Part shown: positions 1 through 8,370 of the stretch, in pieces
How the letters are laid out: every line of letters begins with the position of its first letter
How positions within the stretch are numbered: position 1 is the first letter of the stretch
Assembly: GCA_015067485.1 (NCBI GenBank)
Contig: SVMJ01000008.1
Coordinates: 3,583-67,582 of the forward strand
Length of the DNA stretch: 64,000 nt
Direction: 5' to 3'
Source of the DNA: Oscillospiraceae bacterium
Lineage (GTDB): Bacteria; Bacillota; Clostridia; Oscillospirales; JAAYXM01
Made by a program: the position numbers and the translations under genes
Notes under the pieces: generated by a model
Seen by the model: only the letters and a program-made list of their open reading frames with translations
Told to the model about the DNA's origin: nothing
Databases searched by the model: none

Positions 1-123
1 CACGGTGGAAACACCGCTTTCTGCGCCTTCGATCAGAGCGGTGGAAAGCGAAGAGATGTTTCCGCTCAAGATTGCGAAAAGTATTGAAATTACAATGAGA
101 ACCACCCAAATCCATCCCAACAT
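1..123 (-). CDS. spmA: Spore maturation protein A, N-terminal part (runs off window edge)
   Basis: Manual translation MLGWIWVVLIVISILFAILSGNISSLSTALIEGAESGVSTV resembles the SpmA N-terminus; not in ORF track. Confidence 0.75.
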   Translation of the reverse strand, partial: MLGWIWVVLIVISILFAILSGNISSLSTALIEGAESGVSTV

Positions 124-162
124 TTGGAAACACGACCTTTCGAAAAATAACAAAAATTGGAA

Positions 163-190
163 TTGACAAATAAAGGGAAAATGATATACT
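163..190 (+). promoter_or_regulatory. Sigma-A-type promoter for abrB-mnmE
   Basis: TTGACA, 16-bp spacer ending TGn, TATACT. Confidence 0.65.
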
Positions 191-226
191 AATAATGCAA
201 ACCAACAGAAAACGGGAGGTTTTGAC

Positions 227-466
227 ATGAAAACAACGGGGATTACAAGAAAAATCGACGAACTTGGTCGTATCGTTCTTCCCATCGAATTGCGTAAGCA
301 GTTTGGGATTGATGTGAAAGACTCGCTTGAAATTTATGTGGATGGCGATCGCATTATTCTGCGCAAGAAGAAGGATGCTTGTATCTTTTGCGGGAAGAGT
401 AAAGGACTTGTAGAATTCAAAGACCAAATGGTCTGCGAAAATTGTATTGCGGAGTTGAGTAAATAG
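227..466 (+). CDS. abrB: AbrB/SpoVT family transition-state regulator
   Basis: MKTTGITRKIDELGRIVLPIELR plus C-terminal CIFC...CENC; GGAGG RBS. Confidence 0.9.
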   Translation: MKTTGITRKIDELGRIVLPIELRKQFGIDVKDSLEIYVDGDRIILRKKKDACIFCGKSKGLVEFKDQMVCENCIAELSK

Positions 467-1800
467 TGGATACCATTGCAGCAGTCTGTACCGGTACGGG
501 TGCAGTCGGTATTCTTCGTATCAGCGGTGATATGGCGAAAACCGTGGCGAGCCGTGTGTTTTCCGGGCAACTCAACACGCCGCGCATGATGGCTTACGGC
601 GCGTTTTTGGATGCGTCGGGCAATATTGTGGATCGCGGGCTTGCGGTTTGGTTTTCTGCGCCCAACAGTTACACGGGCGAAGACGTAGTGGAACTGCATT
701 GCCACGGCTCCCGCGTTGCGATGTCGAGCATTTTGGAAGCGTGCTTTGCATCAGGTGCCCGTGCGGCAAAACCCGGGGAATTTACCCGCCGCGCGTTCTT
801 AAACGGAAAGATGGATTTGACACAGGCGGAAGCGGTGATGGATCTCATCGATGCGGAGACCGAAGCCGCCGCGAAAAATGCCGCGGCACAACTTGACGGC
901 GAGATCGGAAAGGGTCTCGATTCCCTGCGTGACCGTTTGCTCGATATTGCCGCCGCATTCTCTGCATATGTGGATTATCCGGAAGACGGGATCGATGAGC
1001 CCGAAGTCGCGTCCGGGCTTGAAGGCATTGCGGAAAAACTCGAGAAACTTGCAGCATCTTACGCACAGGGCAAGATTTTGAAAGATGGGGTAAAGACCGC
1101 GCTGATCGGTCGCCCGAACGTTGGGAAAAGTTCTCTGCTGAATGCCCTTGTGGGATTTGACCGCAGTATTGTGACCGACCGTGCAGGGACCACGCGTGAC
1201 ACGGTGGAAGAATCCGCTATGGTGGGCGGTGTCAGACTGCGCTTGGTGGATACTGCAGGAATGCGTGAGACCGACGATGCTATTGAGCAGGAAGGTGTTT
1301 CAAGAAGCACGAACGCCGCAGAGCGTGCAGATTTGCTTTTGTGCGTGTTTGATGTGGCGCAGGCACTCGGTGAAGAAGATCTTCGCATTTGCGAACTGGC
1401 AAAAGGGAAGTGCGCCATCGCGGTCGTGAATAAGAGCGATCTTGCGGCACAGTTTGAGATGAGTACGCTTGAGCCGTATTTCGGCGATCGGATCGTGGAA
1501 ATCAGCGCAAAAGAGAGACATGGTTTGGATGCACTTGGTGCGTGCATTTCCGAAACGCTCGCGGTCAAAACCATTCCGTGTGACGGGTCGGTCATTACCA
1601 ATGCGCGGCACATGGCGGCAACGAAAGAGGCCGCACTGCGTGTGCGCGATGCGCTGAATGCGCTTGCAGGTGGGCTTACCCCGGATGTTGCGGTAGGTGA
1701 GATCGAGCAGGCGATCGCACTACTCGGTGAAATCACGGGGAAAACCGCGACCGATGCGGTGCTCACGCGAATCTTTGAACGCTTCTGCGTGGGAAAATAA
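466..1800 (+). CDS. mnmE: tRNA modification GTPase MnmE
   Basis: SYTGEDVVELHCHG, GEFTRRAFLNGK, GRPNVGKSS, GTTRD, DTAG, terminal FCVGK. Confidence 0.97.
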   Translation: MDTIAAVCTGTGAVGILRISGDMAKTVASRVFSGQLNTPRMMAYGAFLDASGNIVDRGLAVWFSAPNSYTGEDVVELHCHGSRVAMSSILEACFASGARAAKPGEFTRRAFLNGKMDLTQAEAVMDLIDAETEAAAKNAAAQLDGEIGKGLDSLRDRLLDIAAAFSAYVDYPEDGIDEPEVASGLEGIAEKLEKLAASYAQGKILKDGVKTALIGRPNVGKSSLLNALVGFDRSIVTDRAGTTRDTVEESAMVGGVRLRLVDTAGMRETDDAIEQEGVSRSTNAAERADLLLCVFDVAQALGEEDLRICELAKGKCAIAVVNKSDLAAQFEMSTLEPYFGDRIVEISAKERHGLDALGACISETLAVKTIPCDGSVITNARHMAATKEAALRVRDALNALAGGLTPDVAVGEIEQAIALLGEITGKTATDAVLTRIFERFCVGK

Positions 1801-1832
1801 GAACCTCGTTGTGCCAAAGGTATAATAGGAAC

Positions 1833-1868
1833 AAAAAACAGAGATGCAAATTGCATCTCTGTTTTTTT
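1833..1868. terminator. Bidirectional intrinsic terminator
   Basis: aaaaaacagagatgcaa-a-ttgcatctctgttttttt between convergent genes. Confidence 0.85.
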
Positions 1869-2109
1869 AATCTTCTTCAATATCAATAATCTTTGAAGCT
1901 TTTACGCCGAGGGCTTTTGCGATGGTAAATAATGCTTTCAATGATGGGCAGTAGGGTAAATTCGGACTTTCCAACTGGCTGATATATGAGAGTGTAAGTC
2001 CTGTGTGTTCTGCTAATTCTGCTTGGGTCATGCCGGATTTTCTGCGGTAGTATCCGATCTTAATACCGATATCGAGCAGGACACCTTTGTACTCGTTCTC
2101 ATTGAGCAT
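1867..2109 (-). CDS. XRE-family helix-turn-helix transcriptional regulator
   Basis: IGYYRRKSGMTQAELAEHTGLTLSYISQLE...PSLKALFTIAKALGV; start at 2109 chosen from GGAG RBS. Confidence 0.88.
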   Translation of the reverse strand: MLNENEYKGVLLDIGIKIGYYRRKSGMTQAELAEHTGLTLSYISQLESPNLPYCPSLKALFTIAKALGVKASKIIDIEED

Positions 2110-2158
2110 TTTACTCACTCCTATCAAATAATTATAGGATATTTATTATTTTAAACTA

Positions 2159-2217
2159 TTGACATTCAAAATAAAACTTGATATTATTGAGTAAATACTC
2201 ATTAATAGTGAGTAAAA
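2159..2217 (+). promoter_or_regulatory. Sigma-A promoter followed by candidate operator with TGAGTA half-sites
   Basis: TTGACA(2159)-17-TATTAT(2182), then TGAGTA-AA-TACTCA-N7-TGAGTA. Confidence 0.6.
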
Positions 2218-2237
2218 ACTTTGAAAGAGGCGAGTGT

Positions 2238-3098
2238 ATGAAGAAAAAGGTTGTTGGGGTACTGCTTGCAGTAAGTATGGCAGTGTCAGCAGTGGGGGCT
2301 ACTGCGGTGGAGATAAACAGTTACTCCGAGCGATTGACTGTTTATTATGACGGCGTCAATGTATACGAAAACTCGGTCAATCAGCCGTGTATTATTAATG
2401 ACCGTACCATGGTTCCGCTCAGACCGATTTTTGAAGCAATGGGCTGGGGAGAGGAGAACATCTCTTTCGATGAAGCGACTGCGACTGCAGTTTTCTCCAT
2501 GAATGGAATTTCCTGCGCATTTATCAACGAGAATCATGTTGCAGTTAAAACACAGGATGATGGAACACAAGCAGAATACGAACTTGATGTTCCTGCAGTG
2601 ATTCACAACGGAAATTTTTACATTCCCCTCCGCGCTTTTTGTAATATTTGGGGCGTGGAGATTACGTGGAATGATGCCAGCAGAAGTGTCTACATCACAA
2701 AAACTATGATGGAAGATAACTCGGATTCAGTACCGGAAGCGGAAGAAGACAACACAGTTGTGGAGGAAACACCTTCTGAAGCAGAAGATGTTGTGATTGA
2801 GGAAAAGCCGGAGAAAACAACGATCTCTCAAGCAGACGCAGTTGCACAAGTGCAAGAGTTAGTGGGCGATGATTATACCACTTCCCCGGAATATTCCTTT
2901 GAGTATAATGGGAAAACCTATTATCAGATTGCAGTAAATGCAAAGATTGTTGATGAATTTACCGGTGAACAATGGACGTCGAAAGTATCCAACTACATCA
3001 TCTCCGAAGACGGGAAAGAAGTGTTCGAAGGGTATTACAACCAAGAAACCGGTGTTCTGTCTAACTATGAAGAAGAAACAGGAAGTGCAGAAGAATAG
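2238..3098 (+). CDS. Secreted protein with copper-amine-oxidase N-terminal (stalk) domain and acidic C-terminal domain
   Basis: Signal peptide MKKKVVGVLLAVSMAVSAVGA; duplicated motifs INDRTMVPLRPIFEAMG / HNGNFYIPLRAFCNIWG..ITWN; E/D-rich linker. Confidence 0.8.
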   Translation: MKKKVVGVLLAVSMAVSAVGATAVEINSYSERLTVYYDGVNVYENSVNQPCIINDRTMVPLRPIFEAMGWGEENISFDEATATAVFSMNGISCAFINENHVAVKTQDDGTQAEYELDVPAVIHNGNFYIPLRAFCNIWGVEITWNDASRSVYITKTMMEDNSDSVPEAEEDNTVVEETPSEAEDVVIEEKPEKTTISQADAVAQVQELVGDDYTTSPEYSFEYNGKTYYQIAVNAKIVDEFTGEQWTSKVSNYIISEDGKEVFEGYYNQETGVLSNYEEETGSAEE

Positions 3099-3122
3099 AG
3101 AAAACGAAGGGAGTTTTGAAAT

Positions 3123-4355
3123 ATGAAACGTTTGATGAGTTTTTTTCTGACAATATGTTTACTTTTGTCTGTTGTTGCAAGCTCGACATTAACAGTTTCG
3201 GCTGCTGCCACATACGATGTGGGAAAAGCGATGAATTATGCAGCAAACCATTGGAACGATGGAAAAGGATTGTGTGCTGAATTTGTTTCCAATTGTGTTC
3301 AGGCGGGCGGGCTGAACATTAAGACGATGCTTGGAACAAAAAGTTGCTGGGACGCAATTATAAATAAAACAGGTCTTTCAGGGAAAAACTTGACATTGAA
3401 TTCGCAAGGATATGTTACAAAAGGGAATAATGGCAGTTTACTCGCGAAAGGCGACGTAGTTATTCAATGGTGTTACACTTGTAATTTAAGACCCCATATC
3501 CTTATTTGCGGTGGATATGATTCAAAAGGGTATGCAACTTTTTATGCACATAATGGAGCGTTGAATAACCGAATTTACAGATTTAGTACGAATTCACAAC
3601 ACAAGAAGACCTGTAACATTGGGGCAAAAGTTCTTCAACTAAGTAAATTATCTTCAAAAAGTGTTTCCAATGGGAATCAGTCATCCGTTTCACCGGCACC
3701 TACCTCTAATCTTAAGGTTAACCTGACAAGTTATCCGACAAGCATTGCGAAAGGCAGTTCGTATGGTTTGCGCGGAAGTGTAACATCCAACTACAAAATC
3801 ACGTCAGTTAAGGGGTATATTATCAATTCGAGCGGAAAAGCAGTCCAGAGTACAAGTGAAACCCCGAATTCCACATCGATGGATATTCGATACTCGAAGA
3901 TCAATAATAATCTTGTATTTGGAAATTTGTCGGCCGGGAACTACACTTTGAAAGTAGTGGCGAAAGATGCTTACGGAAAAGAGAAAACGTGGAGCACGAG
4001 TTTTACAGTAAAAGCGCCTGCTTCTGTTTCCAAAAATCCGGATTCTACATTGAAAATTGAGTTGACGAGTTATCCGACAAGTATTGCGAAAGGGAAGTCA
4101 TACGGTCTGCGTGGTAGTGTAACATCAAATTACAAGATTTCTTGGGTTAAGGGATATATTCTTAACTCAAGTGGGAAGATTGTGCAAGATACATTGGACA
4201 CTCCGAATGCAACTTCTATGGACATCCGCTATGCAAAAGTGAATGACAACTTGTTATTCAATAAGCTGGCGAAAGGAACATACACACTAAAAGTGGTCGC
4301 ACGCGATACTTATGGAAAGGAAGTTACCTGGTCCAAACAATTCAAAGTGAAATAA
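3123..4355 (+). CDS. Secreted putative cell-wall amidase (Amidase_6/NlpC-P60-like Cys-His domain) with two tandem Ig-like repeats
   Basis: Signal peptide; YDVGKAMNYAANHW..CAEFVSNCVQAGG; GDVV..PHIL..FYAHN; two 103-aa repeats. Confidence 0.7.
   Translation: MKRLMSFFLTICLLLSVVASSTLTVSAAATYDVGKAMNYAANHWNDGKGLCAEFVSNCVQAGGLNIKTMLGTKSCWDAIINKTGLSGKNLTLNSQGYVTKGNNGSLLAKGDVVIQWCYTCNLRPHILICGGYDSKGYATFYAHNGALNNRIYRFSTNSQHKKTCNIGAKVLQLSKLSSKSVSNGNQSSVSPAPTSNLKVNLTSYPTSIAKGSSYGLRGSVTSNYKITSVKGYIINSSGKAVQSTSETPNSTSMDIRYSKINNNLVFGNLSAGNYTLKVVAKDAYGKEKTWSTSFTVKAPASVSKNPDSTLKIELTSYPTSIAKGKSYGLRGSVTSNYKISWVKGYILNSSGKIVQDTLDTPNATSMDIRYAKVNDNLLFNKLAKGTYTLKVVARDTYGKEVTWSKQFKVK
3705..4352 (+). repeat. Intragenic duplication, two 309-bp units (3705-4013, 4044-4352)
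   Basis: Both units encode LTSYPTSIAKG.SYGLRGSVTSNYKI..VKGYI.NSSGK..Q...TPN.TSMDIRY.K.N.NL.F..L..G.YTLKVVA.D.YGKE.TWS..F.VK. Confidence 0.92.
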
Positions 4356-4356
4356 G

Positions 4357-4434
4357 AAAAAACCGTCTTTGCGTTTGCAAAGGCGGTTTTTGTATAAAAA
4401 GAAAACCGCCGAAAGAATTTCTTTCGGCGGTTTT
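4357..4434. terminator. Two adjacent intrinsic terminators between convergent genes
   Basis: aaaaaaccgtctttgc..gcaaaggcggttttt (4357-4391) and aaaaccgccgaaagaa-t-ttctttcggcggtttt (4402-4434). Confidence 0.8.
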
Positions 4435-4443
4435 GATTTTGTC

Positions 4444-4854
4444 TTAGAAGAATTTTTTGATGTTGTCAGTTGCAGTCTTTTCGTCAGCACTGATGGTGGT
4501 AACGAAGTTGATGTTGTTTTCTTTGCCAAATTCTTCGATCCATGCAAGGAAGTCTTCTGCTTCTTCGACAGAGTCGCTCTTTGCGACTTTGTAGAGACTG
4601 TCGATGAAGATATCCGAAATATCAAAGTTCCCGGAATACAGACCGCAGATGAATGCCTTGAGGCGTTCATAGCTGGTGATCGGGAAGTTTGAAACGTCAA
4701 CCAAACGCACGCGATGGCTGATGTCGTAAGTCAGTTTATTGCCGCGCTCAATGCAAACGACGGTATTTGCGTCGTCTTTCACTGCTGCATTGGCAAGTTC
4801 AATAATTTGTTTTGTTTTTCCGTGTCCCTGAAGACCCATGATTACTTTGATCAT
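4444..4854 (-). CDS. Small conserved clostridial P-loop protein of unknown function
   Basis: MIKVIMGLQGHGKT Walker-A-like motif, IFIDS Walker-B-like motif; AGGAGG RBS. Confidence 0.75.
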   Translation of the reverse strand: MIKVIMGLQGHGKTKQIIELANAAVKDDANTVVCIERGNKLTYDISHRVRLVDVSNFPITSYERLKAFICGLYSGNFDISDIFIDSLYKVAKSDSVEEAEDFLAWIEEFGKENNINFVTTISADEKTATDNIKKFF

Positions 4855-4965
4855 GAAATGATCCTCCTTTTCAATGAGCACAAGGTGTGCTCGTGTTTGT
4901 TATCTTTATCATAGCACATCTTGCACAAAAACTCAATCGCAATTTTAGAATTTTTTGAAAAAATT

Positions 4966-6297
4966 TTATGCGTCCAAGCGAGAGCGCAGCGCCGCGGTGG
5001 AATCTTCGTATCCGGGCTTGCCCAAAAGTGCGAACATATTCTTCTTATACGCTTCCACGCCCGGCTGGTTGAACGGGTTGACACCAAGGAAATAGCCGGA
5101 GAGACCGCAAGCGAATTCGAAGAAGTAGACCAGCGCACCAAAGGAAGCTGCGTCGGTGCGTTCCATGCTGATTTCGATATTCGGGACACCGCCGTCTACG
5201 TGTGCGAGAACCGTGCCAAGAAATGCCTGGCGGTTGACATGTGCCATATTGACCCCTGCCAGGAAATTGAGCCCGTCAAGATTATCTTCGGTTGCACCGA
5301 TGACCACGTTGTGGTTCGGATTTTCAATGGTAACAATGGTTTCAAACAAAGTGCGTTCGCCTTCCTGGATGTACTGACCCATGGAGTGCAGATCTGCAGT
5401 GAAGTCGACCGATGCGGGGAAGAGACCTTTGCCGTCTTTGCCTTCGCTTTCGCCGAAGAGTTGTTTCCACCACTCCGCCATGAAACGGAAGCGCGGTTCG
5501 AAGCAGCCGAGAATCTCGGTCTTCTTTGCATCGCGGTACAGAAGATTACGTGCGCCGACGTAACGCCATGCCGGGTTTTCAAACGATTCATCAGCGATGA
5601 GCGCCTGCATGGTCTTCTCAGTGGAATCCATCATCGCATCGATGTCTACGCCTGCGACTGCGATCGGCAAAAGCCCTACCGGAGTCAAAACCGAGTAACG
5701 ACCGCCGACGTTGTCGGGAATGACGAACGTTTCATAGCCTTCGCTGTCCGCCAAACTCTTGAGCGCGCCGCGTGCTTTATCGGTGGTAGCATAGATACGC
5801 TCTTTTGCGCCGCCTTTACCGTAGCGTTCTTCAAGCATGGTCTTGAAAATGCGGAATGCGATCGCGGGTTCGGTGGTGGTGCCGGATTTGGAGATGACAT
5901 TCACCGAGAAATCGCGGGTACCGATCAGCTCTACGATCTCGGTCAAATAATCACCGCTGATGTTATTGCCAACGAAGTAGATTTCAGGCGTGTTTTTGGG
6001 AAGTTGGTTATAATACGGACTCTTTAAGAGTTCAATCGCCGCACGGGCGCCGAGATAGGATCCGCCGATTCCGATGACCAGCAGGACTTCGGAAGTGTCT
6101 TGGATCTTCTTTGCCACCGCTTTGATGCGCGAGAATTCTTCCTTGTCATAATCGCGCGGCAGGGTGAGCCAGCCGAGATAGTCGTTTCCGGCACCGATGC
6201 CTTCTACCAGCGTGTGGTGTGCGGATTTCATCTCGTCCGAAATCGAACGGAGCGCTTCTTCAGAGACCGCGTACTTGGTGGAAACTTTGATTGCCAT
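4966..6297 (-). CDS. pgi: Glucose-6-phosphate isomerase
   Basis: [45 protein letters not shown]. Confidence 0.97.
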   Translation of the reverse strand: MAIKVSTKYAVSEEALRSISDEMKSAHHTLVEGIGAGNDYLGWLTLPRDYDKEEFSRIKAVAKKIQDTSEVLLVIGIGGSYLGARAAIELLKSPYYNQLPKNTPEIYFVGNNISGDYLTEIVELIGTRDFSVNVISKSGTTTEPAIAFRIFKTMLEERYGKGGAKERIYATTDKARGALKSLADSEGYETFVIPDNVGGRYSVLTPVGLLPIAVAGVDIDAMMDSTEKTMQALIADESFENPAWRYVGARNLLYRDAKKTEILGCFEPRFRFMAEWWKQLFGESEGKDGKGLFPASVDFTADLHSMGQYIQEGERTLFETIVTIENPNHNVVIGATEDNLDGLNFLAGVNMAHVNRQAFLGTVLAHVDGGVPNIEISMERTDAASFGALVYFFEFACGLSGYFLGVNPFNQPGVEAYKKNMFALLGKPGYEDSTAALRSRLDA

Positions 6298-6309
6298 GAA
6301 AACCCCTCC

Positions 6310-6954
6310 TCAGAGTAGATATAGATAAATGGAAAGAAAGTGCAGAACACTTCCTAATAAAACAAAGAAATGCCAAATCGAATGAATGTAACGGGCTTTT
6401 TTGCCAAAACCGTATATAATCGCTCCGACTGTGTAGAAAATCCCGCCTGTGAGCAGGAGCAGAAATCCGTTCCAGGGTAAAGCTGCAAGGAGTGGACGAA
6501 TGGCAAAGATGATGACCCAACCCATGCACAAATAACAAATCATCGCGAATACTTTGAAGCGTTCGACGCTGATTGCGCTGAGTGTGATCCCGAGGATCGC
6601 CGCGCCCCAAACGATGCTAAGCAGAGCCCAACCGAGCGGACCTTGGAGCCCGAGTAGCGTGTAGGGGGTATATGTCCCTGCGATGAGAAGATAGATGCTA
6701 CAATGATCCAACACGCGAAAGACCACTTTCGCGCGGTTGACTTTGAGCGCGTGATAGAGTGTGGACATGGTATAAAGCACGGTCATGGATGCACCGTAAA
6801 TCGCGCCTGCGACGATTTCCAAGACTGAGTTTGCTCGGATCACACAAAGGACTAACGCAAGCACACCGAAGAGTGCGCCGAGACCGTGTGAGATGGAACT
6901 GACCAGTTCTTCTCCGAGAGAGTATGCGGGGATGAGTTTCTTTGCGTTTGACAT
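6310..6954 (-). CDS. Hemolysin-III/PAQR family membrane protein
   Basis: EELVSSISHG, STLYH, LDHCSIYLLIAGTYTP, HSIWHFFV; about 7 hydrophobic segments. Confidence 0.92.
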   Translation of the reverse strand: MSNAKKLIPAYSLGEELVSSISHGLGALFGVLALVLCVIRANSVLEIVAGAIYGASMTVLYTMSTLYHALKVNRAKVVFRVLDHCSIYLLIAGTYTPYTLLGLQGPLGWALLSIVWGAAILGITLSAISVERFKVFAMICYLCMGWVIIFAIRPLLAALPWNGFLLLLTGGIFYTVGAIIYGFGKKARYIHSIWHFFVLLGSVLHFLSIYLYLL

Positions 6955-7092
6955 GGGACATGCCTCCTTTTCTTATTATAACAGAGTATATCACAAATGT
7001 CTAATAGAACCTACCGACAGGATGTAACACAAATCGTTGAGATATATCTACCGCGTCGCCACGAAAAAAAACGGGTCTACCGACCCGCTTTT

Positions 7093-8220
7093 TTAATAGA
7101 GAAGGAATTTTTGGAGCATTTTGAAAAAGATTTGCGAGAACGTAAGGCGCGGAACTTCACATGCGGCAACGATGGGGATGGAAGCGAGCACCTCGTCTTT
7201 GCAGGTTACGGTGAGTTCACCAAGGGTTTGACCGACTTCGACCGGAGCATGGACGGACTCGGCGAGTGTGATGGTGTGGGTAACATCGCCGAGTTGTGAT
7301 TTTTCCACCAATACCTTCGGCTCATTTGCAAAGACGGTGGACACGGTGGGAGCGTTTCCAAGTTTTACCGGAACGGGCGAGAGCGTTTGGTTTGCGGTAG
7401 AGTCATAGAGAGAAAAGTTTGCAAATCCGTAATCCAAGAGTTTTGCCGCACTCGAGAACCGATCTGCCGATGTGGGAGCCGCCATGACCGCCGCGATGAG
7501 TTCCATCCCGTCGCGCTCTGCGGTTGCGGACATACAGTACTTCGCGGCATCGGTCGAGCCGGTTTTGAGTCCTGTGATGCCGCGGTAGGACTTGAGCAGT
7601 TTGTTGGTGTTGGTGAGCCCAAACGTTCCATCTCGCAGAGTGTCCATCCAAATATTGGTGTAGCGTCGGATCGCGTCGTGCTTTAACAGTTCGCGCGACA
7701 TGAGTGCAATATCGTGTGCGCTCGTCAAGTGATTCTCATCGGGAAGACCCGTACAGTTTACAAAATTGGTATCATTCATTCCGAGTTCTTTCGCACGCTG
7801 ATTCATCAGCGAGATAAACCCTTCTAAACTCCCTGCGACGTGCTCGGCAAGCGCGACGGATGAGTCGTTTCCCGATGCGATCACGGTGGCTTTGAGCATA
7901 TCTTCCATACTCATGGTTTCGCCCGGTTCCAAATACACTTGCGATCCGCCCATGCTTGCCGCAAGCGGACTGACGCTGACTGTGTCATTCATGCTGATTT
8001 TGCCTGCTTCGATTGCTTCCATGACAAGCAGTAGTGTCATGATTTTGGTAACACTTGCGGGCTGGAGTTTTTCGTGCGGATTTTTTTCATAAAGAATACT
8101 TCCGGTATCACGCTCCATCAAAACAGCGGTTTGTGCCGGGATTTCGGGGGCAACGGGGGCTGCATGCGCCATGGGGAGAAGGAGTGTGATGAGAAGAATG
8201 ATGGCAAGTGATCGTTTCAT
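7093..8220 (-). CDS. dacF: D-alanyl-D-alanine carboxypeptidase (peptidase S11, DacF-like)
   Basis: PASVTK (SxxK), SGND (SxN), KTG, MGGSQVYLE; signal peptide; GGAGG RBS before 8220. Confidence 0.88.
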   Translation of the reverse strand: MKRSLAIILLITLLLPMAHAAPVAPEIPAQTAVLMERDTGSILYEKNPHEKLQPASVTKIMTLLLVMEAIEAGKISMNDTVSVSPLAASMGGSQVYLEPGETMSMEDMLKATVIASGNDSSVALAEHVAGSLEGFISLMNQRAKELGMNDTNFVNCTGLPDENHLTSAHDIALMSRELLKHDAIRRYTNIWMDTLRDGTFGLTNTNKLLKSYRGITGLKTGSTDAAKYCMSATAERDGMELIAAVMAAPTSADRFSSAAKLLDYGFANFSLYDSTANQTLSPVPVKLGNAPTVSTVFANEPKVLVEKSQLGDVTHTITLAESVHAPVEVGQTLGELTVTCKDEVLASIPIVAACEVPRLTFSQIFFKMLQKFLLY

Positions 8221-8370
8221 GGGAACCTCCATTTCTCGCGCAGGGAGAGCGCGCTCCGCAACTTTCGGCTTACGGATGGCCGAATTTTATAATTTACTTG
8301 CGTTTGATAGGGGAAATACTTTATAATATATTTGGAGTAGTATCACATTAGAACCGCAAGGAGAATCCCG

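Noticed and set aside
1-2237. Replication origin near mnmE
   Set aside because: No cluster of TTATCCACA DnaA boxes and no dnaA or rpmH genes in the window
7011-7090. Three CTACCG hexamers between the hemolysin-III gene and dacF
   Set aside because: Too short; one lies in a terminator loop; compatible with chance
8221-8290. HDV-like or pistol ribozyme interpretation of the dacF leader
   Set aside because: Could not build the required nested stems or find the catalytic core motifs; kept only as an unclassified leader
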